Part shown: positions 11,100-22,689 of the stretch, one piece after another
Layout of the letters: the number at the start of each line of letters is the position of its first letter
How positions within the stretch are numbered: the stretch's first letter is position 1
NCBI RefSeq assembly: GCF_004010195.1
Contig: NC_057718.1
Location: 93,163,569 to 93,214,358 of the forward strand
Direction of reading: 5' to 3'
DNA: 50,790 nt
Origin: Chiloscyllium plagiosum
Lineage: Eukaryota
Made by a program: the position numbers and the translations under genes
Notes under the pieces: generated by a model
What the model saw: only the letters and a program-made list of their open reading frames with translations
Told to the model about the DNA's origin: nothing
The model's database searches: none

Positions 11100-13331
11100 T
11101 AACTGTTGAAACGTTTCAACTGATGATGGAGAACATTTTACAAAATCTACTCCAGGTTGCCATTTATATCAATGACATGCTAATAATAGGGAAGGCTAAG
11201 AAAGAGCACTTAGAGAACTTAGACATAGTCCTTAGGCATTTCTCCAAGGCAGGTGTATGCCTTAGAAGGGAAACAGAATGTGTTTCAGGCACCTCTGATG
11301 ATCTACTTGGGCTACAAGACAAGGTTACACCTCTAGGAAGATGAAGTGAGAGTGATCCAAGGTACTCAGCTCCCATGTGGTTACCTGAGCTTAGGTCTTT
11401 CCTTGGATTGGTGAATCATTGCTGAAAGTTTATATGTAACCGAGTCTCCATCCTGACACCTTTGCATCAACTCTTAGAAAAGGGTCAGCCTTTGAAATGG
11501 TCGTGTAGCCAAGTATAGCTTTCAGGGAAGTGAAGAAACAGCTATCATCCTCTATGGTGTTGGAACACAATGATCCCAAGCTCAATCTGATATTGACTTG
11601 CGATGCCTCTCTGTTCGGCATGGGGGTTCATAGGTGGCCCAATGGAGATGAACACCCAATAGTGTATGCATCTAGCACTTTGGCGAATGCAGAGTTTAAG
11701 TACAGCTAGAGAGACAAAGAAGGTTTGGTTTTCATATTTGGAGTCAGGAAGTTCTACTCATACTTTTATGGGCATAAATTTGTAATAATAATGGACCATA
11801 AGCTCCTGCTAAATTTTGTCGCCCATGGCTTCAGGCTGAATTCAGTGGTGGGCTCAAATACCAAGTCCATAGAATTACAAGTTGACCCATTATCCGGGAG
11901 GCCAAATACGAATGTATTGAGCTGCCTCCCGTTGGCAGATAAACCTCTGGTGGGACCACAACTGTATGTGTCTGTAATGGTTTAAAATTTTCTGGACACA
12001 TTTCCAGTCACAGCTGACAATATCAGTTTTTGGATGCAGAAAGATCCAATCCTGGCAAAACTGGTGGTGATGGGGGGAGCCAAAGGGCCATCACAACCAG
12101 AACTGAAATCATTTTGGACCTAGAGACCAGATCACTGTAGAGGATGGCATATTGTCATTGGGAGCAAGAGTGATTGTCCTGAGCAAAGGTTGCTACCAGG
12201 TACTGGCTGAACCCAACCTGGGTCACCCAGGGGTTACCAAGATGAAGATGCTGGTAAAAAGCTGTGTCTGGTGGCCAGAGTTGATGTCGACATAGCTGCA
12301 TTAGTGGTGCAGTGCCCAGAGTGCCAGCACCTCCCCCACATTTGTGAGAATGGCTGGGTAAAACCTGGCTCAGTTGCATGTCGGCTATGCCAGTCCTTTC
12401 ATAGGCTCAATGCTTCTGGTCATTGTGCGTGCCCATTCAAAGTGGCTGGACATGCATAGACTTCATTTGGCCAACTGAGAAGTTGCAAGCATCGCTTGCG
12501 ATACACAGACTCCCAGTAATATTGATCATGAACAATAGGGACGTCATTTACCAGCGGGGAATTTGAGTATTTCCTAAAGGTAAATGGCATTCAGCATATA
12601 AAAACAGCTCCCTCCTATCCATCGTCCAATGATCTGGCTGGAAGAGTGGTCCAAATGTTGAAGGTAGGCTTAAAGAAGCAGCCAACAGTTTCACTCGATA
12701 CCAAACTGTTTCTGTTCGATTGTAGGACCATCCCACATGCAATAGTAGGGATAGCTCCAGCAGAGTTGCTGATGAGGAGAAGACTCTGCACCAGGTTAAC
12801 TCCCAGACCTGGAGGGGAAGGTGAAATGGCAGCAGGAACATCAATGCTAGCCACATGCCTTCTCTAATAGAGAGAGACAGTCTGATTCAGGAAATGAAGT
12901 TTGGTGCTGGAACGTTGGAAATGGCCCTGGTACAAGGTGAGGTCAGGTCCCGAACCTGACAAGGTTCGAGTCAGCAATATAGTCCTGAACAAACACATGG
13001 ATCACCTGAAAGCTGTTACCTCACAAAAGGAACAGGAGCGAAACATATCTAACCCCTCAGAACAGCCAGAAGGTTTGTCAGAAACCGTAGGTTCACCCAT
13101 CCATCGAGCATCGATGAATCCTCAGAATCCAAGATGGATGCAGCCTCAATACCATTACCACCGGAAACTCTCCTGAGATGCTCCGAACCATAAGAGATGG
13201 GCCACAGTCCAGTATACGCTGCCCATGTTAGAGTCCGAGTCAGAAGGACCAGACCTGGGATGAAAATGAGGTGGGAAAAGCTACAAGAGGAAGACCAGGC
13301 TTCCATTCCCAGACTTGAAGTAGGGGAGGGA
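11100..13331 (+). mobile_element. Decayed Gypsy/Ty3 LTR retrotransposon pol (RT, RNase H, integrase), copy A
   Basis: FQLMMENIL..VAIYINDMLIIG..EHLENL (YxDD region); LTCDAS RNase H; GVRKF..YFYGHKFVIIMDHK; HPGVTKMK..CPECQ zinc-binding; FTSGEFEYFLKVNGIQH integrase core; many stops and frameshifts; PPT at 13318-13331. Confidence 0.93.
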
Positions 13332-14269
13332 TGTAGGGATTGGAACCAGGTATATCTCATTGATTTTGACATGTTTGATTGGGGTCTGTAAACCTGGGCC
13401 AATCAGGGAGCCCTGGCTAACAGATATAAATAGGGGATTCAATGTCTAATGTAATTTTATGTTGAATGTGTAATTGAAGGTGCTGTTCAATTGTTGAGCT
13501 GTTATTGGTGTTGCTGATTGTTCACTGTTAACCCAATGTCTGGTCTGAAACACAAATCTATTTGGCTAAAAATACAGATTTACGCACTAGTTTTTCTTCA
13601 CTGTGTCCTGGACCTGCACACACACAACACGGGGGAAAAATAAGCATTAGAGCTGTTCGGCAGTAGTGTGGGGGGAAAAATATTTTTTTAAAAAATGAGA
13701 GAAAAAGGAAGAAAACAAAAAAATTAACAAAACAAAAAAAAAGGGACTCAGAATCTCCTCAGTTCAGGGACTGACGCTGTGCAGGCTGGCCATTCAGTCA
13801 GTGTGTTACTGCTGCTGTTGATTTCTGTTTATTTTTGGAGGACACCTGATTCCTGAATTGGCTGAATTATAAAGCCAGTTTGTTAACTGTTATACCTTTT
13901 TATTGAAGACAGATTTCTAAACTGGTCGATCTACACAGTCAATGTGTTTCAAGTGTAACTCAGTTCTCATCAGGGAACTGTTGTTTTACTGGGTGGTTAC
14001 AGCCTTTGTGTTACTCCTTTCTTTTACTCTGAGAAAAGGACAGTGTTGATTTTGTGGCAGGGCTTAGCCCTTGCACTCTGGCTTTCTTTCTTTTTTGTAT
14101 GTGTTTTCATTTTGTTTGGTGTTTGGGCTGACCCCCTGTAAGAAAATGCACCTTTCCAGATGCGCTGTTCCTTTGGGTAGGCCTGGCCCTTTGTCGGTGG
14201 ACTAGGCCTCTGTAAAGACTGAACACCTGTGACTGTGCTGGGAGGTGGGCATTTGCTCTGTCCTGGAGT

Positions 14270-14645
14270 TCAGGAGTGGACTCTGCCTTTGGGAGTGGAC
14301 TCTGCCTTCAGGAATGGACCAAACCCCTGTGAGTTAATTGCACCTTTACAATGTACTGTGTTCCTGAGAGTGGACCTGGTTGTCTATGGATGGGTCAGGC
14401 CTCTACAGAGGCTGAACACCTGTGTGTGTGCTGTGAGGTGTGCATTTGCTGCCTTCAGGAGTGGAATCTGTCCTCAGTTGTGGATCCTGTTTTTAGCAAT
14501 GGACTCCGCAGTTTGGGCAATGCACTTTGTATACTGGAGTGGACTCTGCTCCTGGGAATGGACTCTACAATTTGAAGAGAACTGTTTATGGTAATGGACT
14601 CTGTACCAGAATGGACTCTGTTTGTAGATAATTGACTCTGTCTTG
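14270..14645. repeat. Degenerate minisatellite-like array of (gga[g/a]tggactctg) units
   Basis: About 10 recurrences of tggactct/ggactcc at irregular ~19-nt-based spacing. Confidence 0.65.
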
Positions 14646-15080
14646 TTGGTTGTTGGGTTTATCACCTGCACTGTCCTGTGTCCCTGGGTCTGGCAGGCCT
14701 CACTGTGAGCTGGGAGGGTCATAGGTCGTCCTGAAAGCTGTCACCCCGACAGCCGGAGAGTGGGTAGGCCATCCTGTGAACCAGAAGATGGGTAGACTGC
14801 CCCGAAAGCTGGAGGGTGGGTAGGCCACCCTGATGCCAGTTGATCCAAGAGCAGGAAGGTGGGTAGGCTGTTCTGAGCACTGTCGTCCCAAGAAGGGGTA
14901 GTCAGGCCGGGCTGTCCCAGAGATGGTCGGAAGGTGTCAGAGTGGCCGAGAGTCAGAAGGTGTATAGGGGCAGGCCGAGATCCGGAAAGCTTGTGGGCTG
15001 CCCTGCACGTTGTTGTCGCAGGGAAGTGGATGGACTGTCCCAGAGGTGGCCGGAAGGTGTGTCAGAGTGGCCAAGAGCCA

Positions 15081-15601
15081 TGTTGTGGGGAAAATCACTA
15101 GCCTTGGAGTCAGAGTCGGGGTTCAATGACAGATTTTATTGTATAAGGAAATGCTGGAGCTCAGGGGAGAGAAAGACACCAACAGCACAGTGGTCAGCTG
15201 TGAGTCTTCTTTCAAATGGAGCACATGTCAATATACTTTTATACATTTTATGATATAATAAGTCAGTGATGAGGTAATTGTCTCTGTAAGATAGTTTGTT
15301 TCATGTAAACATTGCAGAATCGTTGATAGTTTTGGTGCAATCATTGTCAGTTCCAATGCAGCCTTTGTTAATTTCAGCATGGTTATTGTTAGTTTCAGTG
15401 CAGACATTGTCAGTTTCAGTGTCTGCGTACAAGTCCATTACTGGAGTAATGGGTGCTAATCGCTCTTCCTGAGAAGGACGATTACTGCAGCCCTGGCTAT
15501 TAGCACTTTGTATTGAGTCTGTATCAAGCTGCTAGCATTTCTATCAAAGGTGTTGGCTGGACCCAGACACTTCGGCAGGCAGTGTACACTACTCATGTGC
15601 A
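15081..15601 (-). mobile_element. LTR (521 bp) preceded by a polypurine tract
   Basis: Minus strand: PPT aaggcgggtgggggagagaa, TG start, TATAAAA near 15240, AATAAA near 15137, ends ccacaaCA. Confidence 0.62.
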
Positions 15602-16585
15602 TTCTCTCCCCCACCCGCCTTAAACTAATCAACTAGGTTGTGAGTGCATTGTGCTGGCATTCTGGTGGCCCCAGGCAGTATCTGTGTTTGCTCTGCTGTC
15701 TCTCTTCATATTGTGGTCTGACGGCCATCTTGTGTGTCAAGTGGCCAATGTATGGCTCAGCAGCCATCTTGTGTGTCTGTGTGCCTAATGTCACTGTGCT
15801 CCGGGCCATCTCCTACTTCAGCCAGAAGCTGTGTTGGGGCAGGCCGAGATCCAGAAGCTTGTGGGCTGCCCTGCGTATCGTCATTCCAGGCAAGGGGATG
15901 GGCTGTCCAAGAGGTGGCCTGAAGGTGTGTCAGGGCAGCCCACTGGCTGGAGAGCCCAATGCTACTTAGGGGCAGACCAAAAGCCAGAAGGCATGTAGGT
16001 TGTCCTCAGCACTGTCACCCCGGGCAGGTACTGTAGTGGGTTGTCCGAGAGGTGACTGGAAAGTATGTCAGGGTGGACCGAGACCCGGAAAGGACATGGG
16101 GCGGACCGAGAGCCAGAAGGGGCATGGGGGCAGCTGCCTAAGAGTAGCAGGATGGCGGGAGGGATGGGTGGCTTGCTGGGTTGCAGGGAGAGACCTGTTT
16201 TCTATGCACTGTTTTTATCTAATTGGACTGTCTTTTGGGTATTTGTTACTGTTACTGTTTTGTGATGACAAAGTGGGAATTGAGATTTGTCCTCATTTCC
16301 CTGAAAACTGGTTGAACGGTAGGGTTTGGGGCCTGGCTTTGCCACTCCTCTCCCTTGTAAAATTGCTGTTTCTCTGCTTATAGCTGTTAATGTTAACTGT
16401 TTTGTAAACCGTATTGTTTAATAAAATGAAAAATGAAATAAAATGGCATTATATAAATAAAGATATACGCACTGTGTCCTACCCCTGCACACACACGACA
16501 CAGGTGCTGGGGAAAAATAAATACTGAGTTGAAACTTTATTGCTGGAACAGCACAGCAGGTCAGGCAGCATCCAGGGAACAGGAG

Positions 16586-16621
16586 ATTCGACGTTTCGGG
16601 CACAGGCCCTTCTTCAGGAAT
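16586..16621 (-). ncRNA. Minimal type I hammerhead ribozyme motif, intact
   Basis: Exact reverse complement of 16684-16719. Confidence 0.8.
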
Positions 16622-16683
16622 GACCTACTTCAGCCTGACCTACTTCAGCCAGAAGCTGTGTTGGGGCAGGCCGAGATCCAGCC

Positions 16684-16719
16684 ATTCCTGAAGAAGGGCC
16701 TGTGCCCGAAACGTCGAAT
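16684..16719 (+). ncRNA. Minimal type I hammerhead ribozyme motif, intact
   Basis: ATTC CTGAAGA A GGGC-ctgt-GCCC GAAA CGT C GAAT; stem I ATTC/GAAT, stem II 4 bp, palindromic ACGT stem III, predicted cut after C16715. Confidence 0.8.
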
Positions 16720-17031
16720 CTCCTGTTCCCTGGATGCTGCCTGACCTGCTGTGCTGTTCCAGCAATAAAGTTTCAACTTTGATCTCCAGCATCTGCAGAC
16801 CTCACTTTCTCCTCAAAAAATAAATACTACCACTATTAGGCAGTAGTGTGGGTAAAAAGATAAATTTTAAAAAGAATGAGAGAAAAAAGAAAAAAAAACA
16901 AAAAAATGGGAATTTAGAATCTCCTCAGTTCAGGGGCTGACGCTGTGCTGACTGGCCACAGTCAGTGTACATGCACAAGGCAATAAAGGGTGACTTGGAG
17001 ACAGGATATTGGCTTCTGTGCAGTTCTTTCA

Positions 17032-18456
17032 AATTACAAGTTGGGACATCATCCAGGAGGCCAAATGCGGATACATTGTGCCACCTCCTGCTGGCAGATA
17101 CATCACCGGTGGGATCGCCACTGTAATTGTTTTAAATTTTCTGGATACATGTCCATCACAGCTGATAATATCAGACTTTGGATGCAGAACAATTCAGTCC
17201 TGGTAAAACTCAAACAGCTGTTCGTGATGGGAGAAACCAACTGAAAACTTTCTTGGACCCTGAGAGATCAGATCACCATAGAGGATGGCACTGTTATTAT
17301 GGGGAGCAAGAGTGATTGTCCCGAGCAAAGATCGCCACCAGACACTGGCTGTACTTTACCACGGTCATCTAGGGGTTTTCAAGATGAAGATGTTGGAGAG
17401 ATGTTATGTCTGGTGGCCAGGACTGGATGCCAACATAGCTGCATTGGTGGGGCAGTGCCCAGAGTGCCAAGGACAAAAGTTATCTCTAGCTGCTCCCCCA
17501 CATTCATGGGAATGGCCGGGTAAATCCTGGATTCGGTTACACATCAACTGTGCAGGTTCTCAATCATTGTGGACACCCACTCAAAGTGCTCAGATGTGCC
17601 TTGAGTTCATCCATCAGACACGGGGACAATGATGGAAAAACTGTGAGCATCTTGTACAAAACACGGACTTCTGTAAGTGTGGGTCACAGATAACAGGCCA
17701 TCGTTTACCAGCAGGGAATTTGAGTACTTCTTAAAGTCGAGTGGGATTTATCAGACAACGACAGCTCCATAGCATTCATCATCCAATGGCCTGACAGAAA
17801 GGACACTCCAAATTTTGAAGACAGGCTTAAAGAAACAGTCTACAGCTTCACTAGACATCAAACTGTTCTGGTTCCTATTTAACTATCAGACTACCTCTCA
17901 TGCAACACAGGGACAGTTCTGGCAGAGTTGTTAATGGGGAGAAGACTCCATTCCAGGTTAAATCGGATCTTCCCAGACCTGCGTGGGAAGGATGACATGG
18001 TATCAGGAATGTCAATACCGGATACAAAATTCCTCTAAGCAAGAGAGTTTACTGCAAGGGATGAGGTTTGCTGTAGGAACCAGGAGAATGGCCCTGTATG
18101 GGTGATTGACGAGAGGTCGGGTCCAGTGATGTATAACATTTGGGTAGGTGTGAAGATCCTGCACAAGCATGTGGACTGTATGGAACCAACTGTTCCAGAA
18201 CCCATGGATCTCCCTCTCTGTCGAGCGTTGAAGATATCTCAGAATCTGCTGGATGTCACCACTTCGACAGCTTTTCCACCTGAAGAAGAGAATGAATCTC
18301 ATCCAAGATGCTCCGAGTGCACGAAATGGCCTACTGTGCGTTACACGCTGCCCGTATCAGAGGCAGAGTTGGGGGAATCTGACCCGGTGCTAAAACCCCC
18401 CAGGAAAAGCTACAAAAAAAGAACGGCCTATGTCCTTGGACTCAGAGGGGGAGGCA
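17032..18456 (+). mobile_element. Decayed Gypsy integrase region, copy B
   Basis: LLWGARVIVP..LYHGHLGVFKMKML.RCYVWWPGLDANI..CPECQ..HSWEWPGKSWIRLHINCAG; colinear with 11873-13331; PPT agagggggagg. Confidence 0.93.
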
Positions 18457-18692
18457 TGTAGTGATAGTAATGAGGTCAGCTAGCGGCATCTCATAGAATA
18501 TGAGTTCCTTGATTGGGGCAGTTAATCTGGTCCAATCATGGAGCCCTGGCTGAGAGATAAAAGCAAGCGTGTCACACATCCTGTTCACTCTGAGAGCTGG
18601 ATCTGAGGAAGCTGGATCAGTGTCAAGGACTCTCCACATGTAAGTAAAGGGTGACTTGGTGACAGGATATCAGCCTCTGTGGAGCTGTTTAA
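18457..18692 (+). mobile_element. Gypsy 3' LTR
   Basis: TGTAG directly after the PPT, CCAAT and GATAAAA motifs, homologous to the split LTR. Confidence 0.8.
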
Positions 18693-18699
18693 ATTATCA

Positions 18700-19380
18700 C
18701 TTAAATCCCCCACTGTCAACATCCTTGAGGTTACCATTGACTAGAAACTCAACTGGACTCACTACAAAAACACATTGGTACAAAAGCAGATCAGAGGCCA
18801 GGAATATGGCAGTGAGTATGTCACTTCCTGATTTACCACGGCCTGTCCATCAACTATAAGGCGTAAGACAGGAGTGTCATGGAGTACTCCCCACTTGCCT
18901 GAATGGGTCCAACCCTAACAATACACAAGAAGCTTGAACCATCCAGGAGAAAGCAGCCTGCTTGATTGGCACCACATCCACAAGAAGCCACTCCTTCCAC
19001 CATTGACACATGTTGGCAGCTGTGTATCCTATCTACAAGATGCACTGCAGAACTTCACCAAAGATCCTCAGACAACAGTTTCCAAACCCATGACCACTTC
19101 CATCTAGAAGGACAAGGGCAACAGATACATGGGACCACCAACAACTCAGGTCCCCCTCCAAGTCACACACCATCCTGATTTGGAAATATATTGCTGTTCC
19201 TTCACTGTCGCTGAGTCAAAATCCTGGAATTCCCTCCCTAAGGCCATTCTGGTCAACTCAAAGTAAGTGGACTGCAGTGGTTCAAGAAGACAGCTCACCA
19301 TCACCTCCTCAGGGCATCTAGGGATGGGCAATATATACTGACCCAGCCAACGTTGCCTCCATCCCTAAGAAGAATGAGAA
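18700..19380 (+). mobile_element. Non-LTR retrotransposon 3' end (CR1/L2 group)
   Basis: aggagtgtcatggagtactccccacttgcctg (RSVMEYSPLA), ends ctagggatgggcaata; same family as 42515-43200. Confidence 0.75.
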
Positions 19381-19389
19381 AAAGTACAA

Positions 19390-19482
19390 GCCAGATGAGA
19401 CATGAAACTTTAAATCTGTTTCTCTTTCCACAGATGCTGCCAGACCTGCTGAGTTTCACCAACACATTTTGTTTTCATTTCT
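19390..19482 (+). mobile_element. Penelope-like 3' fragment, family D, decayed
   Basis: tctctttccacagatgctgccagacctgctgagttt matches 43381-43415. Confidence 0.6.
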
Positions 19483-20282
19483 TGTCTTCTGCAAGCTCCT
19501 TCTTTACTTGGACCAAGTTGCAATGAAATCATGAGTGTGAGTGATGCTTACTGTTTTACACTCAAGTATTAACACTTTATGGCTGTTTCAGACCCACACA
19601 CAACGGCTGTTTGCATCAGAGAGAGTGTGTGTGCAGGTTTTAATGTTGCGTCACAGACACCTCCCACTTTCTTGTAGGAGATCAAGTTTTAACCCCACGC
19701 TTTGAAAGTGGATTCCAAGCTACACTACACAAAGCAAACATTTTCCCATGTTAGCAACAAGTTAATACAATAAAAGATCGGGTTATTTAAAATGACCGAA
19801 ACGATTATGGTGTCAGGGGATGTAAGGAAATTCTTTGGGAGTTCAGGGTGATTACAGACACTTCAAACCCTCATATGTTGCATTGCTCTCTCTCTCTCAA
19901 TTTGTTTAATTGACACTTGATATTTTAGACCTGACTTTTAATGGATGTAGTTCTGTAATGTGACTGAGCTGTCAACACTTAGTGACATTGTGCAATAGAT
20001 TTTGATTAAGCAAAGTTGGAATTATGGTTTCTAAATGGCTGAGGAAGTGCAAGTTACATCATGTGATGTTATTTTAGAGATTATCCTTATGTTGATGTTT
20101 TGCATCTCTCACAGTCAGGACTGGCAACGCAACTTGATGGGACAGTGCCAGGAGCCAGAGAAATTGATGTCCTGCTGACTCTAGCAGAGGCGTTTATATT
20201 CATTAGAAGTTACATTGCACCTTTGCAAAAATGGCAAAATCCACTCAGTTGGTGGTACTCCTAGCTGCTGGACACACCACAG

Positions 20283-20545
20283 ATTCATAGAGATGTAGGG
20301 CATAGAAACAAACTCTTTGGTTCAACTTGTCCATGTTGACCAGATATCCTAAACTAATCTAATCCCATTTGCCAGCACTGGGCCCATATTCCTCTAAATC
20401 CTTCCTATTCATATACTCATTCAGGTGCGTTTTAAATATTGTCATTGTACCAGCTTCCACCACTTCTTTTGGCAGCTCGTTCCACATATGTACCATCCTC
20501 TGCATAAAAATGTTGCTCCATAGGTCCCTTTTAAACCTTTCCTCC
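20283..20545 (-). mobile_element. CR1 LINE 3' end
   Basis: catagagatgta..ggcccatattcctctaaa..ttccaccacttc..ggcagctcgttcca. Confidence 0.82.
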
Positions 20546-21699
20546 TCACCAGTGTCTTACAGAACATGATTATTCCATTCTGCCCCTGAGCCTGATCCAT
20601 CATTTAATTTACGAATTGTTGACCTGTATCCTGTCTCCATTTACGTGCCTTAGCTCCCTTTCCCTTCATACCCTTCCCGAATGAAAATCTATCAGTGTCA
20701 AGTTTGAATTTTTCAATTAACCTCATAGTTTGAGGTGCTTCCAACTCTTAATTTACAGATGTACTTCCTGGCTTCATCCCAGAATGGCTGTCTCTAATTC
20801 AAATTTTACACTCCCTGGTTCCGGATTTTCCCAGCACACGGAAGAAATTCTCTATATCCTCCCTGTCAACATCTTTAATCATCTTAAGCATCCCATTTAA
20901 TTGCCTTAAAGTGCTTAATTAAATCTTTATTCAACTCTTACATGAGTTAACCCCCTTGATAATCCATGTTTGATTGCTTTTGGCTGCTAATTGTGCTCTG
21001 AAACCTGTTGCTCCCCAAACTGCAACTAAACACATACGAATGAGTTGAAAAGATGAAATGCAATTGACTCATGATCACATCTGAAATTTGGGAGGCCATT
21101 CTATTGTCTATTATTTCAAGAAATATAACTTCAAAGGGTGTCATGCGAATATGTTTATCCTTCTGTTAGAATGTGATATGCCCCAGTCGAATACTCCACC
21201 ACAATTTCCTTTGGATATGAATGAATATACCATTCCATTTTCCAACATGAGCTGGAACATTTAGGATGGAACAGAATACTGAAATACAATTCCACAACAG
21301 TACAATGTCAGAATCAGGCTTTGGCAGCTGATGTCTTGAGCTATATTTTCTCCCTAGCTTTCAGTCTTTGCTTTTGGTACCTTGGCTTCTTCTGTACCAG
21401 AAGTACTCATTAATATTTTACCAAGGGCCATATGTAAAGGTAAGGTTCCATTCCTAGTATTTTTATAGCATTCCTAATGTCTGCTTTCCATCCTGGAACT
21501 GCCTCTCTGTCTTCTTCCGCCATTGCTGGGATCCCAGCCACATTCAATGAAACCTGTTTCAGGAGAAAGTGTTAAAACATTGAAAGAAAGTTTTGTGCTC
21601 CATGCCGAGTCCCATCTACATACTTTTTAACACTTCTTTATTACTGCACTGAAAGAGAAGTAATTATGTGAGATGGACCAGCAAGGAGTTTCTTCTGTA

Positions 21700-22001
21700 T
21701 TCATTCACAAGATGAGGGTGTCACTGGCTAGACCAACATTTATTACCCATTCCTGTGGGTTTGGAGTCACATGTAGGCCAGATCAGGTAAAGATGGTAGT
21801 TTATTTTCCTAAAGGATATTAGTGACCCAGATGGGTTTTTCCTGACAATCAGTAATGGATTCACGGTCATCATGAGACTGGCATTTATTGAATTCAGACT
21901 CCACCATCTGCCATGGTAGGATTAAAACCCAGATTCATAGCTGATTACCTGGGTCTCTGGATTAGTAGTCCAGCAATGATACTGCTAGGCCATTGCCTCC
22001 C
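21700..22001 (-). mobile_element. Second tRNA-derived SINE family, near complete
   Basis: Minus strand head gggaggcaatggcctagcagt (A box), B-box-like gggttttaatcc; tail resembles the LINE end at 19320-19370; further copies at 1088-2697, 32675-32905, 41445-42040, 43250-44050. Confidence 0.75.
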
Positions 22002-22689
22002 CTTTGTAGTCAGGTTGCCCGTGTAGATTGCAGTTACCATTCTTCCCAGGTAGGATGTATGAAATGTGTCAAAATTTGCCAGTAAGATGTGTGGAATGTG
22101 TCACAAAGCATTTTCAGACTCATGCTTAAAACTGGATGGAAAGCAAGTTTGGAAAGTGATGTTTCTTGATTTGAAAGATGGGCTTATTTTTGATCTGCCC
22201 ACGCTTGTGCAGGAACATGCTTAAGGCAGAAAGCAATGGAGCTCTTCAATCAATGAGTTTGAAGAACTCTTGATGAAAAATGTAAAGTACAAACTCGGCT
22301 GTGCAAATTAAAGTTAAATCATTTCCAGAAAATCAAGTAAAATTTGTGCCACTGCACAATCTAAATATTGAAGTAAACCAAGAACATAAAACAATGCAAG
22401 TTCTTGCTTGCAGTAGCTCTGAATGCACTTAGCTCAGTGTAACCATATTAACACTCTGTGGTTTTTACTGACATTTGCAGTGTGAAAAGGGACACAGGAA
22501 TTATTATTGCAGCAACCCAAAGAAATGAAGATTTGTTTTATTTAGCGCGAGCATTTTCAGCCCAGGTTCTACAAACCAATGATTCAGCTTCACCCTGTGG
22601 TATCAGGAGGTCAAGAAAAGAGTAATTGGTTGTGACTTTAACATAGGAAAATCCAGCTATTGCTGCAAAATGTGCACTCTGACTGACAC

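Larger units (their letters stand above)
16526..16814 (+). mobile_element. Penelope-like fold-back element, family A, very young
   Basis: Perfect 96-bp inverted arms 16527-16622 / 16683-16778, 36-nt tail, 13-bp TSD aaaaataaatact (16513-16525, 16816-16828). Confidence 0.92.
13438..16968. mobile_element. Non-coding composite element with diverged direct terminal repeats
   Basis: Direct repeats ~13600-13804 and ~16470-16968 (cactgtgtcct..ggcagtagtgtggg..agaatctcctcagttcaggg..cagtcagtgt); internal GC-rich repeats. Confidence 0.65.
13332..17031 (+). mobile_element. Gypsy LTR split into 13332-13437 and ~16969-17031
   Basis: Starts TGTAG after the PPT; both halves align to the intact LTR at 18457-18692 (gattgggg..ccaatca.ggagccctggct; aataaagggtgacttgg.gacaggatat); ends tttCA. 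Confidence 0.8.

Noticed and set aside
14270..14645. Repeated ggagtggactctg units resembling a CRISPR array
   Set aside because: Units are degenerate with irregular spacing, there are no cas genes, and the context is a vertebrate repeat
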